The notes under the pieces are model-generated. The model saw only the letters and a list, made by a program, of their open reading frames with translations. It had not been told where the DNA came from and did not search any database. A program made the translations under genes and the position numbers. From Candidatus Marinacidobacterium sp. (GTDB lineage Bacteria > Acidobacteriota > Vicinamibacteria > Marinacidobacterales > Marinacidobacteraceae), in the NCBI GenBank assembly GCA_965204755.1, contig OZ242011.1, positions 1,600,001 through 1,664,000 on the forward strand: a stretch of 64,000 nt of DNA, given 5' to 3'. Below are positions 8,904 through 18,927 of this stretch, in pieces (position 1 is the stretch's first letter; each line of letters begins with the position of its first letter).

Positions 8904-10688
8904 ATGGACTACGGCGAAACCGCCGACCGGCCGCCCCGGCCGCGCCCGGCTCGCCCGTCGCGCCCGGCTCGCCCGTCGCGCCCGGCTCGCCCGCCGCGCC
9001 CGGCTCGCCCGCCGGGGCGGGCGCGGGCCGGGGCGGCCGTCTTCGCGTTGCTCGCCGGGGCGGCCTCGACCGCAGCGCCGGCGGCGGCCCAGACCGTCGT
9101 CCCGACCGAATCGGCGGGCCGGGACTTCGACTTCGCGCACCGCCGTTCCGAACTGCCGCCGGACCGCATCCTCGACCAATACCGCGACCTCCTCGAACAG
9201 GAGACCCTGGCGTTCACCATCGCGCAGGCGGTGGAAGTCGCCAGCGTGCTGCACCCGGAGATCCGCCGCCACCGGGAGCGGCTGGCGGAGTACCCGTCGC
9301 TGGTGCGGGCGGCGCGGGCCGACTACCTGCCGCAACTCGACCTCACGCTCCAGATGGCGCAGACGCGCGATCCGGGATTCCGCAACAGCCCGTTCTTCTC
9401 CCGCCTGCTGGACGACCCCGTAGCCGCCGAGGCGGGCGGCTTCGGCGGCGGCGACCCCTCCGCGTTCGCCGGCGCCTTCACCTTCGGCACCTACCTCTGG
9501 AACTTCCAACTGAACCAGACGCTGTGGAGTTTCCGCTTCCGGCCGGCGATGGACGCGGTGGACCTCGGCCGGGCGATCGCCACCTCCGAACTGAACGAGG
9601 CGGAGAACCGCATCGCGCGGGACACCGCCGCGCGGCTCTACGCCTACCTGCTCGGGGAGCGCACCCGCGAGGTGCTGGCCCGCGCGCTGGAAACCAGGGA
9701 ACGCGGCCTCGAACTGGCGCGGGCGCGGCTGGAACTCGGGGCCGGGGCGCGGCTGGATGTGCTCCGGGAGCGCGTGGCCGTCTCCCGGCTCCGCCGCCAG
9801 TTGGCGGACGCCGAAGAAGGGCTGCGGGTGGAGCGCGCCGGCATCAACGCCCTCGTGGGGCGCGCGCAGGACCGGGAGATCGAGGTGCTGGACCGACTCG
9901 CGCTGCCGAACCCGCTCCCGCGGATGCTCCCGCCGGCGGCGCTGATGGAGATCGCCACCCTGCGGCGGCCGCAACTGCGCCGGCACTCGCTCGACCGGGA
10001 GCGGTTGACGACCGAGCGGCGGCTGACCTCGGCGGACTCGCTGCCGGTGGTGCGGGCGAACGCCTCCTACGGCATCAACACCTTCACGCCGGAGAACACC
10101 TACGACTTCTCGCTCCACAACTGGAACGCCGGGGTCACCCTGACCTGGAGCCTCTTCGACGGGCTGGGCACGGGCTCCCGCCTGCGGAGCCTGCGGTCGC
10201 AGGAGACCCAGGCGGAGTGGGAGCAGGTCGAGTTCGAGTCCACCCTGGAAGTCCTGCTCCGCCAGGCGTCCGCCGACTGGAACGGCGCGCTCGCCGCGCT
10301 CGAAGAGGCGGCGCTCGCGCTCGAAGAGGCCGCGGAAGCGGAGCGGGTCGCCGGCGAGGAGCGGGACGCCGGCGCCGCGACCGGCCACTGGGTGATGGAG
10401 GCCGCGCAGGCCCGCCGCGAGGTGGAACTGGAACTGGCGCAGCACACCCACGACGCGCTGGCGGCGCTCGCCGAAGTGAAGTTCCTGGTCGGCTATCCCG
10501 CGCACGCTCCCCACTCGGTGATCGCGGATACCCCGTCCGTCGCCCCGGCCCCGTCCGTCGCACCGGCCCCCGCCGAGTCCACCGAGTCCGGAGCGCCGGC
10601 GCCCGAACCCGCCGTCGGCGGCGGCCGCGCGCCTCCGGGCCCCGGCCCCGCCTCCGACCCCGAGACCCCGACGGAGAACCCGAGTTGA
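8904..10688 (+). CDS. TolC-family outer membrane efflux protein
   Basis: AGGAG RBS, signal peptide, two OEP repeats, first gene of the RND operon. Confidence 0.85.
   Translation: MDYGETADRPPRPRPARPSRPARPSRPARPPRPARPPGRARAGAAVFALLAGAASTAAPAAAQTVVPTESAGRDFDFAHRRSELPPDRILDQYRDLLEQETLAFTIAQAVEVASVLHPEIRRHRERLAEYPSLVRAARADYLPQLDLTLQMAQTRDPGFRNSPFFSRLLDDPVAAEAGGFGGGDPSAFAGAFTFGTYLWNFQLNQTLWSFRFRPAMDAVDLGRAIATSELNEAENRIARDTAARLYAYLLGERTREVLARALETRERGLELARARLELGAGARLDVLRERVAVSRLRRQLADAEEGLRVERAGINALVGRAQDREIEVLDRLALPNPLPRMLPPAALMEIATLRRPQLRRHSLDRERLTTERRLTSADSLPVVRANASYGINTFTPENTYDFSLHNWNAGVTLTWSLFDGLGTGSRLRSLRSQETQAEWEQVEFESTLEVLLRQASADWNGALAALEEAALALEEAAEAERVAGEERDAGAATGHWVMEAAQARREVELELAQHTHDALAALAEVKFLVGYPAHAPHSVIADTPSVAPAPSVAPAPAESTESGAPAPEPAVGGGRAPPGPGPASDPETPTENPS
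8941..9012 (+). repeat. 18-bp tandem repeat (~4 copies) encoding RPARPS/RPARPP in the TolC N-terminus
   Basis: CGCGCCCGGCTCGCCCG(T/C) repeated head to tail. Confidence 0.85.
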
Positions 10689-11860
10689 ACACCACCCCAT
10701 ACGAAAACCCGCGGCGCGGCCCCTGTTGGCGCCGGCAACGGCCGGCCGCCCCGTTCGCTTCCGTCTTTCCCGCTTCGCTCGCTGTCGGTTTGGTTGCCGC
10801 CGGTTTGCTCGCCGCCGGCTGCGCCGGGGAGAGCGGCCTCGCCAGCGAGGCGGACGCGCCCGCGGCGGACGAGTTCCGCACCGCGGTCGCCGTCGCCCCG
10901 ATCACTCCCGAGACGCTGACGGATTCGCTGGAGATCTCCGGCCGGCTGGAGCCGCGGGCCGTCGTCCACATCGCCTCCGAACTCGGCGGGCGGGTGGAGG
11001 AAGTGCTCTTCGACAAGGGGGACGCCGTTTCCGCCGGCCAGACCCTGACCCGCGTCGGCTCCGACCTGCTCGGGGCGGCCCTCGCCGAGGCGGAGGCGGA
11101 AGTCGAAGCCGCCCGCATCGAGCGGGACCGCGCCGAGGCGCTGGTGGAGCGCGAAGCCAGCCCCCGGCAGTCCCTCGACGCCGCCGACGCGAACCTGAAC
11201 CGGGCGCTCGCCCGCCTGGAGGCGGCGCGGCTGCGCTTCGAGCGCGCCACCGTCGCTTCCCCGGCGAACGGCGTGGTCGTCGAACGCGCCCTCGAGCCGG
11301 GCGAAGTGCTGGCGCCGGGCAGCCCGGTGGCCACCCTCCACGACACTTCGGTGCTGGTGGCCACCATCGGCATCCCCGAACAGGACATCACCTTCTTCTC
11401 CGAAGGGGCGCCGGCGGAAGTGGTCCTCGACGCCTACGACGGCCGGACGGTCGCCGGGCGGATCAGTTACATCGCGCCGGCCGCCGCGCGCCCGGGGCGG
11501 AACTTCACCGCCGAGATCGAGGTCCCGAATCCGGACGGCGGGCTCCGCTCCGGACTGGTCGTCCGCGCGCGCCTCGAGCGCCGCGTCTTCCGGGACGCGG
11601 TGGTCGTCGGCCGGGACCTGCTGGTGGAGCGCGACGGCGCCCTGCTGGCCTTCGTCTTCCGCCCGGAGAACGGCGCCGCCGCCGGCCGGGCGGAACAGCG
11701 GGAAGTGACCATCGGCCCCGACCAGGAGGACCGCGTGGTCGTTCTTTCCGGCCTCGAAGTCGGCGAGACGCTCATCGTCCGGGGCCACCGCAACCTGCTC
11801 GACGGCCAGCCGGTGCGGCTGACCGGGGACGGCGGCGCCCGCCCGGCGCCGGCGAACTGA
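10685..11860 (+). CDS. RND efflux periplasmic adaptor (MFP) lipoprotein
   Basis: LLAAGC lipobox, lipoyl/hairpin motifs (VEEVLFDKGD, VASPANGVV), C-terminal GLEVGETLIVRG; TTG start overlaps the TolC stop (start uncertain). Confidence 0.88.
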   Translation: MNTTPYENPRRGPCWRRQRPAAPFASVFPASLAVGLVAAGLLAAGCAGESGLASEADAPAADEFRTAVAVAPITPETLTDSLEISGRLEPRAVVHIASELGGRVEEVLFDKGDAVSAGQTLTRVGSDLLGAALAEAEAEVEAARIERDRAEALVEREASPRQSLDAADANLNRALARLEAARLRFERATVASPANGVVVERALEPGEVLAPGSPVATLHDTSVLVATIGIPEQDITFFSEGAPAEVVLDAYDGRTVAGRISYIAPAAARPGRNFTAEIEVPNPDGGLRSGLVVRARLERRVFRDAVVVGRDLLVERDGALLAFVFRPENGAAAGRAEQREVTIGPDQEDRVVVLSGLEVGETLIVRGHRNLLDGQPVRLTGDGGARPAPAN

Positions 11861-11915
11861 CCGCCCCGACCACCCTGACCGGGACGGCAGGCGCGCCCCT
11901 CCGGAACCGAGACCG

Positions 11916-14900
11916 ATGAGAGTCACCCGCTACGCGATCCGGCACCGGCTGTCGGTCTATTTCCTGATCCTGATCTTCTGCCTCGGCGGAGTCGGCGTCT
12001 ATGTCTCGCTGCCGCGCGAGTCGTTCCCCGAAGTCGAGATCCCGCTCGTCGTCGTGTACACGGTCTATCCGGGCGTCAGTCCGACGGACATGGAGACGCT
12101 GGTCACCCGGCCGATCGAAACCGAGTTGAAGGCGATCTCCGGCGTCAAGGAGATCCGCTCGACGACCAGCGAAGGGCTCTCCAGCATCGAAGTCGAGTTC
12201 AACCCGGAACAGGACCTGGAAACGGCGCTGGCCAATGTCCGCGACAAGGTGGACCTGGCGAAACCCGACCTGCCGGTGGAGGCGGAAGACCCGCGGGTGG
12301 TGGATGTGGACTTCTCGCAACTCCCGATCATGCTGGTGACGCTTTCCGGCCCGGTAGGGGTGCAGCAACTCACCGAAGTCGCCGAAGAGATGGAGGAGGA
12401 CTTCGAAGCGATTCCCGGCGTGAACCAGGTGACCGTGGTCGGCGGGCGGGAGCGCGAGGTCCATGTCCAGGTGGATCCGAAGCGCCTCTCGTACTTCGAG
12501 TTGAGCCTCTCCGACCTGGTCTTCGCGGTGGCCCGCGAGAACCGCAATGTCCCCGGCGGGGAAATCGCCGTCGGCGGTCTCGAATACCTGGTGCGCCTCC
12601 CGGCGGAGGTGCGGCGGCCGGAAGAGATCGAGGACTTCGTCGTCAAGGTGCGCGACGGCGAGCCGGTCTTCATCCGCGATGTGGCGGCGGTGGAGTTCGC
12701 CTTCGCCGACGAAGCCAGCCGCTCCCGGGTGGACCGCGAACCGTCGGTCACGCTCACCGTGGAAAAGCGCACCGGCGCGAACCTGGTGGCGGTCGCCGAT
12801 TCGGTGAACGAGGAACTCGACCGCTGGGAGGAGCAACTCCCGCCCGGCATCTCCGCCGCGGTGATCGGCGACATCTCCGTGGAGATCCGCCGGATGGTGA
12901 ACGAGTTGGAGAACAATGTGATCTCCGGCCTGTTGCTGGTGGTCGGCTGCCTGATGGCCTTCGTCGGGCTGCGGAACTCCTTCTTCGTGGGCGTGGCGAT
13001 ACCGCTCTCGATGATGCTCTCGTTCATCGTGCTCGGCTGGATCGGGTATTCCCTGAACATGATGGTGCTGTTCAGCCTGATCCTCATGCTGGGAATGCTG
13101 GTGGACAACGCGATCGTCATCGTGGAGAACATCTACCGGCACCGGGAGCACGGCGACTCCGGGCCTTCCGCCGCCTACCAGGCGACCACCGAAGTGGCGC
13201 GTCCGGTGATCGCTTCCACCATCACCACGCTGTGCGCGTTCTCGCCGCTGCTCATCTGGCCGGGAATCATCGGCGACTTCATGTCCTACCTGCCGGTGAC
13301 GCTCATCATCGGCCTCTCCGCTTCGCTCTTCGTGGCGCTCATCATCAACCCCACGCTGTGCGCCCATCTCATGGCGCCGCCGCGCCGCCGCCGGAAGAAG
13401 ACCGGCGCCGAGGCCGGGGAGCACGCCTTCCGCCGGGGCTACCGCCGCCTGCTCCGCTGGGCCCTCCGCCCCGGCGAGGACGCCGGGAGGCGGGGCTGGT
13501 TCCTCCGGAACTGGGCGCTCCCGGCGGCGTTCGTCGCCTTCCTCGGGGCGGCGGTGGCGTTCGGCCTGGTGGGGATGTTCCTGCAGACGCAGGCGCTCTA
13601 CGCGCCGGCGGCGGCGCTGGGGGCGGTGGGCGTTTTCGCCTTCGCCGCCCAGGGGGTCCTCTGGCTCGGCTGGAGCCTCGGGCGCCGCCTGGTCGGCGCC
13701 GGCCCGTACCTCACCGACCACCGCTCGGGAGTGATCTGGAGCATGTGCGCCATCCTGGTGGGGACCGCGGCGATCTACATGCAGGCGGGCAAGGGCGTCG
13801 AGTTGTTCCCCGAAGTGGAGCCGCGCCAGATCTCGGTGGATGTCTCCGCGCCCGCCGGTTCGAGTTTGGAGGCTTCCGACGCCATCGTCGAGCGGATCGA
13901 ATCCCTCACCACCGGGACGACCGACCTGCGGCACCAGATCGCCAATGTGGGCTCCACCGGGCTCAGCCTGAATCCGGGAGGCGGCGGCGGCGAGGGCGGC
14001 AGCCCCAACCTGAGCCGGGTGACCCTCTACCTGGAAGAGCGCGAGGTGCGAAAACAGCGCAACACCTTCGTCACCATGGAGGGAGTGCGCGAAGCGCTCG
14101 CCGACATCGTGGGGGCGAACATCAAGGTGGACGCCCCGCAGGACGGCCCGCCCACCGGCGCGCCGGTTTCCGTGCGCATCCTGGGAGACGAGTTGGACGA
14201 GATCAGCCGGCTTTCGGCCCAGGTGCAGGACCGCATCCGCTCGATCCCCGGACTGGTCAACCTCGACGACGACCTCGAAGAGGGCAAGCCGGAACTGCGG
14301 GTCGAAGTGGACCGCGAAGAGGCGATGCGCTCCGGGGTGAACACCCAGGTGATCGCGGCCACCGTCCAGACCGGGATCCTCGGCGCGGAGGCGTCCAAGT
14401 ACCGGGTGGGGGAGGACGAGCACGACATCCGCGTCCGGCTCGCCCCCGAAGCCCGGCGTTCGCTCGACGACATCGCCGAGTTGACGGTCCCCGACGAGGA
14501 CGGCGTGCCGATCCCCATCCGCACGGTCGCCGAACTGCGGCACGGGGTGGGCCCGGCGGCGGTGCGCCGGGTGGACCTGAACCGGGTCGCCACCATCTCC
14601 GGCGATGTGGTCCGCGAGTCCGGGCGGACGGAAGCGGGCGTCCGGGAGGAAGTGGCGGGGGTGCTGGACTCGATGGAGTGGCCTCCCGGTTACCGCTGGG
14701 AGTTCTCCGGCGCCAACGCGGAAGAGGAACAGGCCACGGCGTTCCTCTCCCGGGCCTTCGTGATCGCGCTGCTGCTCATCCTGATGGTGCTGGTGACGCA
14801 GTTCGATTCGCTGGTGCTGCCGCTCGCCATCATCACCTCGGTGGCGCTCTCGGTCATCGGGGTCCTCTGGGGGCTGATGATCACCGGCACGGCGTTCGGG

Positions 14901-15347
14901 ATCATCATGACCGGCATCGGGGTGATCTCGCTCGCCGGGATCGTGGTGAACAACGCCATCGTCCTCTGCGACTTCATCCGGCAGTTGCGGGAGAAGGGGC
15001 TCGACCGCCACGAAGCGGTCGTCGAGGCCGGCTCCATCCGGCTCCGGCCGGTGCTCCTGACCGCGGTCACCACGGTGCTCGGGCTGGTGCCGCTGACGCT
15101 GGGCCTGAACATCGACTTCTTCAACCTCTCGGTCTCCACCGGCGGCGAGAGTTCGCAGTTCTGGGCCTCGATGGGGGTGGCGGTGATCTTCGGCCTGACG
15201 GTGGCCACCGTGCTGACCCTGGTGGTCGTCCCGGTGACCTACGACAGCCTCGACGACCTGATGGAGGCGCTGGCCGGCCGGCGCCGGCGGCGGGACGAAG
15301 CCGCGGCCCCCGCCTCCGGCGGCGCCCTCTCCCCGGCGGAGTCCTGA
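11916..15347 (+). CDS. RND efflux permease (AcrB/AcrD/AcrF family)
   Basis: GMLVDNAIVIVENIYR, GIVVNNAIVL and RLRPVLLTAVTT motifs. Confidence 0.95.
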   Translation: MRVTRYAIRHRLSVYFLILIFCLGGVGVYVSLPRESFPEVEIPLVVVYTVYPGVSPTDMETLVTRPIETELKAISGVKEIRSTTSEGLSSIEVEFNPEQDLETALANVRDKVDLAKPDLPVEAEDPRVVDVDFSQLPIMLVTLSGPVGVQQLTEVAEEMEEDFEAIPGVNQVTVVGGREREVHVQVDPKRLSYFELSLSDLVFAVARENRNVPGGEIAVGGLEYLVRLPAEVRRPEEIEDFVVKVRDGEPVFIRDVAAVEFAFADEASRSRVDREPSVTLTVEKRTGANLVAVADSVNEELDRWEEQLPPGISAAVIGDISVEIRRMVNELENNVISGLLLVVGCLMAFVGLRNSFFVGVAIPLSMMLSFIVLGWIGYSLNMMVLFSLILMLGMLVDNAIVIVENIYRHREHGDSGPSAAYQATTEVARPVIASTITTLCAFSPLLIWPGIIGDFMSYLPVTLIIGLSASLFVALIINPTLCAHLMAPPRRRRKKTGAEAGEHAFRRGYRRLLRWALRPGEDAGRRGWFLRNWALPAAFVAFLGAAVAFGLVGMFLQTQALYAPAAALGAVGVFAFAAQGVLWLGWSLGRRLVGAGPYLTDHRSGVIWSMCAILVGTAAIYMQAGKGVELFPEVEPRQISVDVSAPAGSSLEASDAIVERIESLTTGTTDLRHQIANVGSTGLSLNPGGGGGEGGSPNLSRVTLYLEEREVRKQRNTFVTMEGVREALADIVGANIKVDAPQDGPPTGAPVSVRILGDELDEISRLSAQVQDRIRSIPGLVNLDDDLEEGKPELRVEVDREEAMRSGVNTQVIAATVQTGILGAEASKYRVGEDEHDIRVRLAPEARRSLDDIAELTVPDEDGVPIPIRTVAELRHGVGPAAVRRVDLNRVATISGDVVRESGRTEAGVREEVAGVLDSMEWPPGYRWEFSGANAEEEQATAFLSRAFVIALLLILMVLVTQFDSLVLPLAIITSVALSVIGVLWGLMITGTAFGIIMTGIGVISLAGIVVNNAIVLCDFIRQLREKGLDRHEAVVEAGSIRLRPVLLTAVTTVLGLVPLTLGLNIDFFNLSVSTGGESSQFWASMGVAVIFGLTVATVLTLVVVPVTYDSLDDLMEALAGRRRRRDEAAAPASGGALSPAES

Positions 15348-15401
15348 CCGGGCTCCGGGGCGGTCGGAGCGGGTAGGATTCCCCGCTTCCGAACGGGGTC
15401 A

Positions 15402-15491
15402 GGAGGGGTGCAAGAGCGGCTGAATTGGCCAGCCCGGAAAGCTGGTGTGCCGGCAACGGCACCGTGGGTTCGAATCCCACCCCCTCCGCCA
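15402..15491 (+). tRNA. tRNA-Ser (GGA) with long variable arm and encoded CCA
   Basis: Acceptor GGAGGGG/CCCCTCC, anticodon stem CCAGC/GCTGG, variable arm GTGCCG-GCAA-CGGCAC, T arm GTGGG-TTCGAAT-CCCAC. Confidence 0.92.
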
Positions 15492-15526
15492 TCCGCGCCG
15501 GCCGCTGAACCGGGGCGCGGTCGGCG

Positions 15527-17755
15527 ATGAGCGTCCCCGGGCTCTTCGGGAAGCCGCTCGAGGAGCCGCCGGAGGCGGCGGAACCGGAGGCGCCGCCGGT
15601 CGAGTCCGCCCCCGCAGCCGGGGTGCCCGTCGAGTCTTCGGTCGAGGCCCCGCCCGGGACGGGAGACGCGAAGGACGCCCCCGGAGCGGAAGGGCATCCG
15701 CCGACGGGCGGCTCGGATTCCCCGGTCGCGGATGCCGCCGACGGGGCCTCGCCGCCCCCGCCCGAACCGGGGCCGCTCGAGCCGGGGCCGGAAGGCGTCG
15801 CGCCCGAAGGCGCCGCGAAGGAGTCCCCGGACGCTCCGCCGCCCGACCCGGCGCCGCCGACGCCCCCCTCGGCGACCGAAGGGGACGGCGGTCCCCCCGT
15901 GGAGGCGCCCGCCCCGGCGGACGGCGAGCCCGGGGCCCCGGAAGCCGCCGCTTCCTCCCCGCCGGTGGAACCCGACGAGGACCCGCCTCCGGCGGACGGC
16001 GAGCCCGGGGCCCCGGAAGCCGCCGCTTCCTCCCCGCCGGTGGAACCCGACGAGGACCCGCCTCCGGCGGACGGCGAGCCCGGGGCCCCGGAAGCCGCCG
16101 CTTCCTCCCCGGGCGAACCCGACGAGGACCCGCCTCCGGCGGCCAGCCCCTCCCCGGCGGCGAGCCCCTCGACGGAGGCCGCCGCCCAGCCGCCCGCCAA
16201 ACCGCCCGCCGACCCACCCGCTCCGCCGCCGCCGCCGCGGGAGGCCCCGGCCTCCGAAGAGACCGCCCGCGCCGGCGAATACGAAGTCCTGGCGCTCCGC
16301 TACCGCCCGCAGACCTTCGCCGACCTGGTGGGACAGGAACCGATCGCCCGGACGCTCCGCAACGCGATCCGCCGCGAACGGATCTCCCACGCCTTCCTCT
16401 TCTCCGGCCAGCGCGGCATCGGCAAGACCACCACCGCCCGGATCCTCGCCAAGGCCCTGAACTGCTCCGCCACCCCCGGCCCGAACCCGGACCCCTGCGG
16501 CGAGTGCCCCTCCTGCCGGGAAGTCGCCGGGGGGTTCTCCCGCGATGTCCCGGAGATCGACGGCGCGAGCAACAACAGCGTCCACAAGGCGCGCGAGATC
16601 ATCGAGGCGGCGCACTACACCCCGGTGCGCGACCGCTTCAAGATCTACCTGGTGGACGAAGTCCACATGCTGAGCATCGAGGCGTTCAACGCCCTCCTGA
16701 AGACCCTGGAGGAGCCGCCGAAGCATGTGAAGTTCATCTTCGCCACCACCGAGATCCACAAGATCCCGGACACCATCCTCTCGCGCTGCCAGGAGTTCGA
16801 GTTCCGGGCGGTGACGCCGCAGCGGGTCGAGGAGCGGCTGCGGTTCATCGTCGAGGAACAGGGGTTTTCGGTGAGCGGCGAGGCGCTGGCGCAGATCGCC
16901 CGGTTCGGCCAGGGCAGCATGAGGGACGCGATCTCGGCGCTCGACCAGGTGCTGGCCGCGGTGGAGGGCGAAGTCACCGCGGCGGAGGTCAGCGAACTCC
17001 TCGGCGTCCCGGACGCCTCCATCTGCCGCCGGGCGGCGGCCGCGATCCTCGACGGCGACCGCCGGGCGGTCTTCGAAGTCGTCGCCGAACTGGTCGCCGG
17101 CGGGCGCGACCTCAAGCACTTCGTGAACCTGTTCATGCACTACCTCCGCGATGTGGTGGTGCGCCGCGCGGCGCCGGACCGCCCGGGTCTCCTCGAGTGG
17201 CCCGACGAGCGGGGGGCGCTCACCGAATTCGCCCGGAAGTTCAGCGAAGAGGACCTGCTGCGCAGCCTCGATGTGCTGACGCGCGCCCAGGACGGGTTGC
17301 GCTGGTCGCCGGAGCCCCGGTTCCACCTGGAGATGGCGCTCCTGAAGTTGGTGGAGATGCCCCGCCTGGCGTCGTTCGAGGCCCTGCTGTCCCGGATCGA
17401 AGGCCCCCCCGGCGGCGCCCCGGCGGCGCCGGCCGCCTCCGCCGCCGGCCCCTCCGGCGAGCGGTCGTCGGAGAGCGCCGGGAACGGGGCGCCGCCCGCC
17501 CCGGTCGAACCGCCGCCCGCTTCCTCGCGGCCCGCGCGGCCCCCCGGCGCGCGCGCCCCGGCGCCGGCCGCGGCGAACGGCCGTCAGCCTCCCGGCCCCG
17601 CCGGCCCCCGGGCGTCCGGGGCCCCGGCCCCCGGGGGCGAGGTCGCCCCGGAGGTCTGGCAGGAGTACCTGGAGACCTTCGGCGGCCAGATCGTCCGCGT
17701 CCGCCCGTTCCCGGAGAACCGGCCCGGCGGCGACGCCTCCCCGACCCCCTCCTGA
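15527..17755 (+). CDS. dnaX: DNA polymerase III subunit gamma/tau with long Pro/Ala/Glu-rich N-terminal extension
   Basis: YEVLALRYRPQTFADLVGQ, GQRGIGKTT, LVDEVHML and TILSRCQ motifs; dnaX-ybaB-recR synteny. Confidence 0.95.
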   Translation: MSVPGLFGKPLEEPPEAAEPEAPPVESAPAAGVPVESSVEAPPGTGDAKDAPGAEGHPPTGGSDSPVADAADGASPPPPEPGPLEPGPEGVAPEGAAKESPDAPPPDPAPPTPPSATEGDGGPPVEAPAPADGEPGAPEAAASSPPVEPDEDPPPADGEPGAPEAAASSPPVEPDEDPPPADGEPGAPEAAASSPGEPDEDPPPAASPSPAASPSTEAAAQPPAKPPADPPAPPPPPREAPASEETARAGEYEVLALRYRPQTFADLVGQEPIARTLRNAIRRERISHAFLFSGQRGIGKTTTARILAKALNCSATPGPNPDPCGECPSCREVAGGFSRDVPEIDGASNNSVHKAREIIEAAHYTPVRDRFKIYLVDEVHMLSIEAFNALLKTLEEPPKHVKFIFATTEIHKIPDTILSRCQEFEFRAVTPQRVEERLRFIVEEQGFSVSGEALAQIARFGQGSMRDAISALDQVLAAVEGEVTAAEVSELLGVPDASICRRAAAAILDGDRRAVFEVVAELVAGGRDLKHFVNLFMHYLRDVVVRRAAPDRPGLLEWPDERGALTEFARKFSEEDLLRSLDVLTRAQDGLRWSPEPRFHLEMALLKLVEMPRLASFEALLSRIEGPPGGAPAAPAASAAGPSGERSSESAGNGAPPAPVEPPPASSRPARPPGARAPAPAAANGRQPPGPAGPRASGAPAPGGEVAPEVWQEYLETFGGQIVRVRPFPENRPGGDASPTPS
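15914..16142 (+). repeat. 75-bp tandem repeat x3 inside the dnaX 5' extension
   Basis: GCGGACGGCGAGCCCGGGGCCCCGGAAGCC... starts at 15917, 15992 and 16067; the third copy is 3 bp shorter. Confidence 0.92.
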
Positions 17756-17833
17756 CCCCCGCGCCGTGACGCCGCCCCCGGCGCGGCGGCGGCGCCCGGC
17801 CGCCCACCAGCCCCCCGCCGGAGGAATCCGACC

Positions 17834-18157
17834 ATGTTGAATCGAGTCCAGCGAATGGCCAAGCAGGTCAAGGAAGTCCGCCGGATCAAGAAGACCCTGG
17901 AAGCCGTGGTGGTGGAGGGCGAGGCCGGCGGCGGCGCGGTGCGCGTCCGGATGAACGGCGTCCGCCGGGTGGTCTCCGTCGAGATCGCCGAAGAGACGGC
18001 GGCGCGCGGCGACGCGGCGCTCCTCGCCGGTCTGGTGAAGGGCGCGGTGAACGACGCCGGCCGCAACCTCGACCGGGAGTTGTCGCAGCGGATGTCCGAG
18101 ATGGACCTCCCGGCGGACTTCGGCCAGGGAGGCGGAGGGCCCGGGGGCGTCGGATGA
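17834..18157 (+). CDS. ybaB: YbaB/EbfC nucleoid-associated protein
   Basis: VEGEAGGGAVRVRMNG motif; lies between dnaX and recR. Confidence 0.9.
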   Translation: MLNRVQRMAKQVKEVRRIKKTLEAVVVEGEAGGGAVRVRMNGVRRVVSVEIAEETAARGDAALLAGLVKGAVNDAGRNLDRELSQRMSEMDLPADFGQGGGGPGGVG

Positions 18158-18753
18158 GCAGCCTTCCCGAGCCGCTCCTCCGGCTCATCGGCGCGCTGAA
18201 GCAACTGCCGGGCATCGGCGAGAAGTCCGCGACGCGCATCGCCTTCCACCTCCTCGCGGGGGAGCGGGCCCCCGCGGAGACCCTCGGCGCCGCCATCTCC
18301 TCGCTCCACGAGCAGGTGGGCCGCTGCGGGGAGTGCGGCAACTTCGCCGACGGCCGCTCCTGTCATTTCTGCCGCGACCCGGCCCGCCAGGCGACGGTGC
18401 TCTGCGTGGTGGAAGACCCGGCGGACATCTCCGCGGTGGAGCGGGCCCGGGTCTTCCGCGGCAAATACCATGTGTTGATGGGGGTGTTCTCCCCGGTCAG
18501 CGGGAAGTCGGTGGACGAACGGCGCATCGAGCGCCTGCTCGAGCGCATCCGCGCCGAAGCGGTCGAGGAAGTGGTGATCGCGACCAACCCGAACCACGAC
18601 GGCGAGGCGACCGCCGCCTGGTTGGCCGCGCAGTTGAAGCCGGAGGGGGTCCGGGTCTCCCGCATCGGGATCGGCGTCCCCATGGGCAGCGAACTCGTCC
18701 ACGCGGACGAAACGACCATGGCCGAGGCGCTGACCCACCGAAGCGCCCTGTGA
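18154..18753 (+). CDS. recR: Recombination mediator RecR
   Basis: LPGIGEKSATR HhH, CxxC...CxxC zinc finger, Toprim domain. Confidence 0.96.
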   Translation: MSSLPEPLLRLIGALKQLPGIGEKSATRIAFHLLAGERAPAETLGAAISSLHEQVGRCGECGNFADGRSCHFCRDPARQATVLCVVEDPADISAVERARVFRGKYHVLMGVFSPVSGKSVDERRIERLLERIRAEAVEEVVIATNPNHDGEATAAWLAAQLKPEGVRVSRIGIGVPMGSELVHADETTMAEALTHRSAL

Positions 18754-18826
18754 CGGCCCGCGGGAAGAGCGCCCCGCCCGCCGGTTGCTATGCTCTCCCG
18801 CCCTTTTTCGGCGCGTCCGGCCGCGA

Positions 18827-18898
<72 letters not shown>

Positions 18899-18927
18899 CC
18901 GGACGCGCGGCCGCGCGGACCCTTTCC

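Noticed and set aside
15492-15526. SRP RNA (ffs), often found upstream of dnaX
   Set aside because: Only 35 bp separate the tRNA from the ORF, and no SRP domain IV motif was seen.
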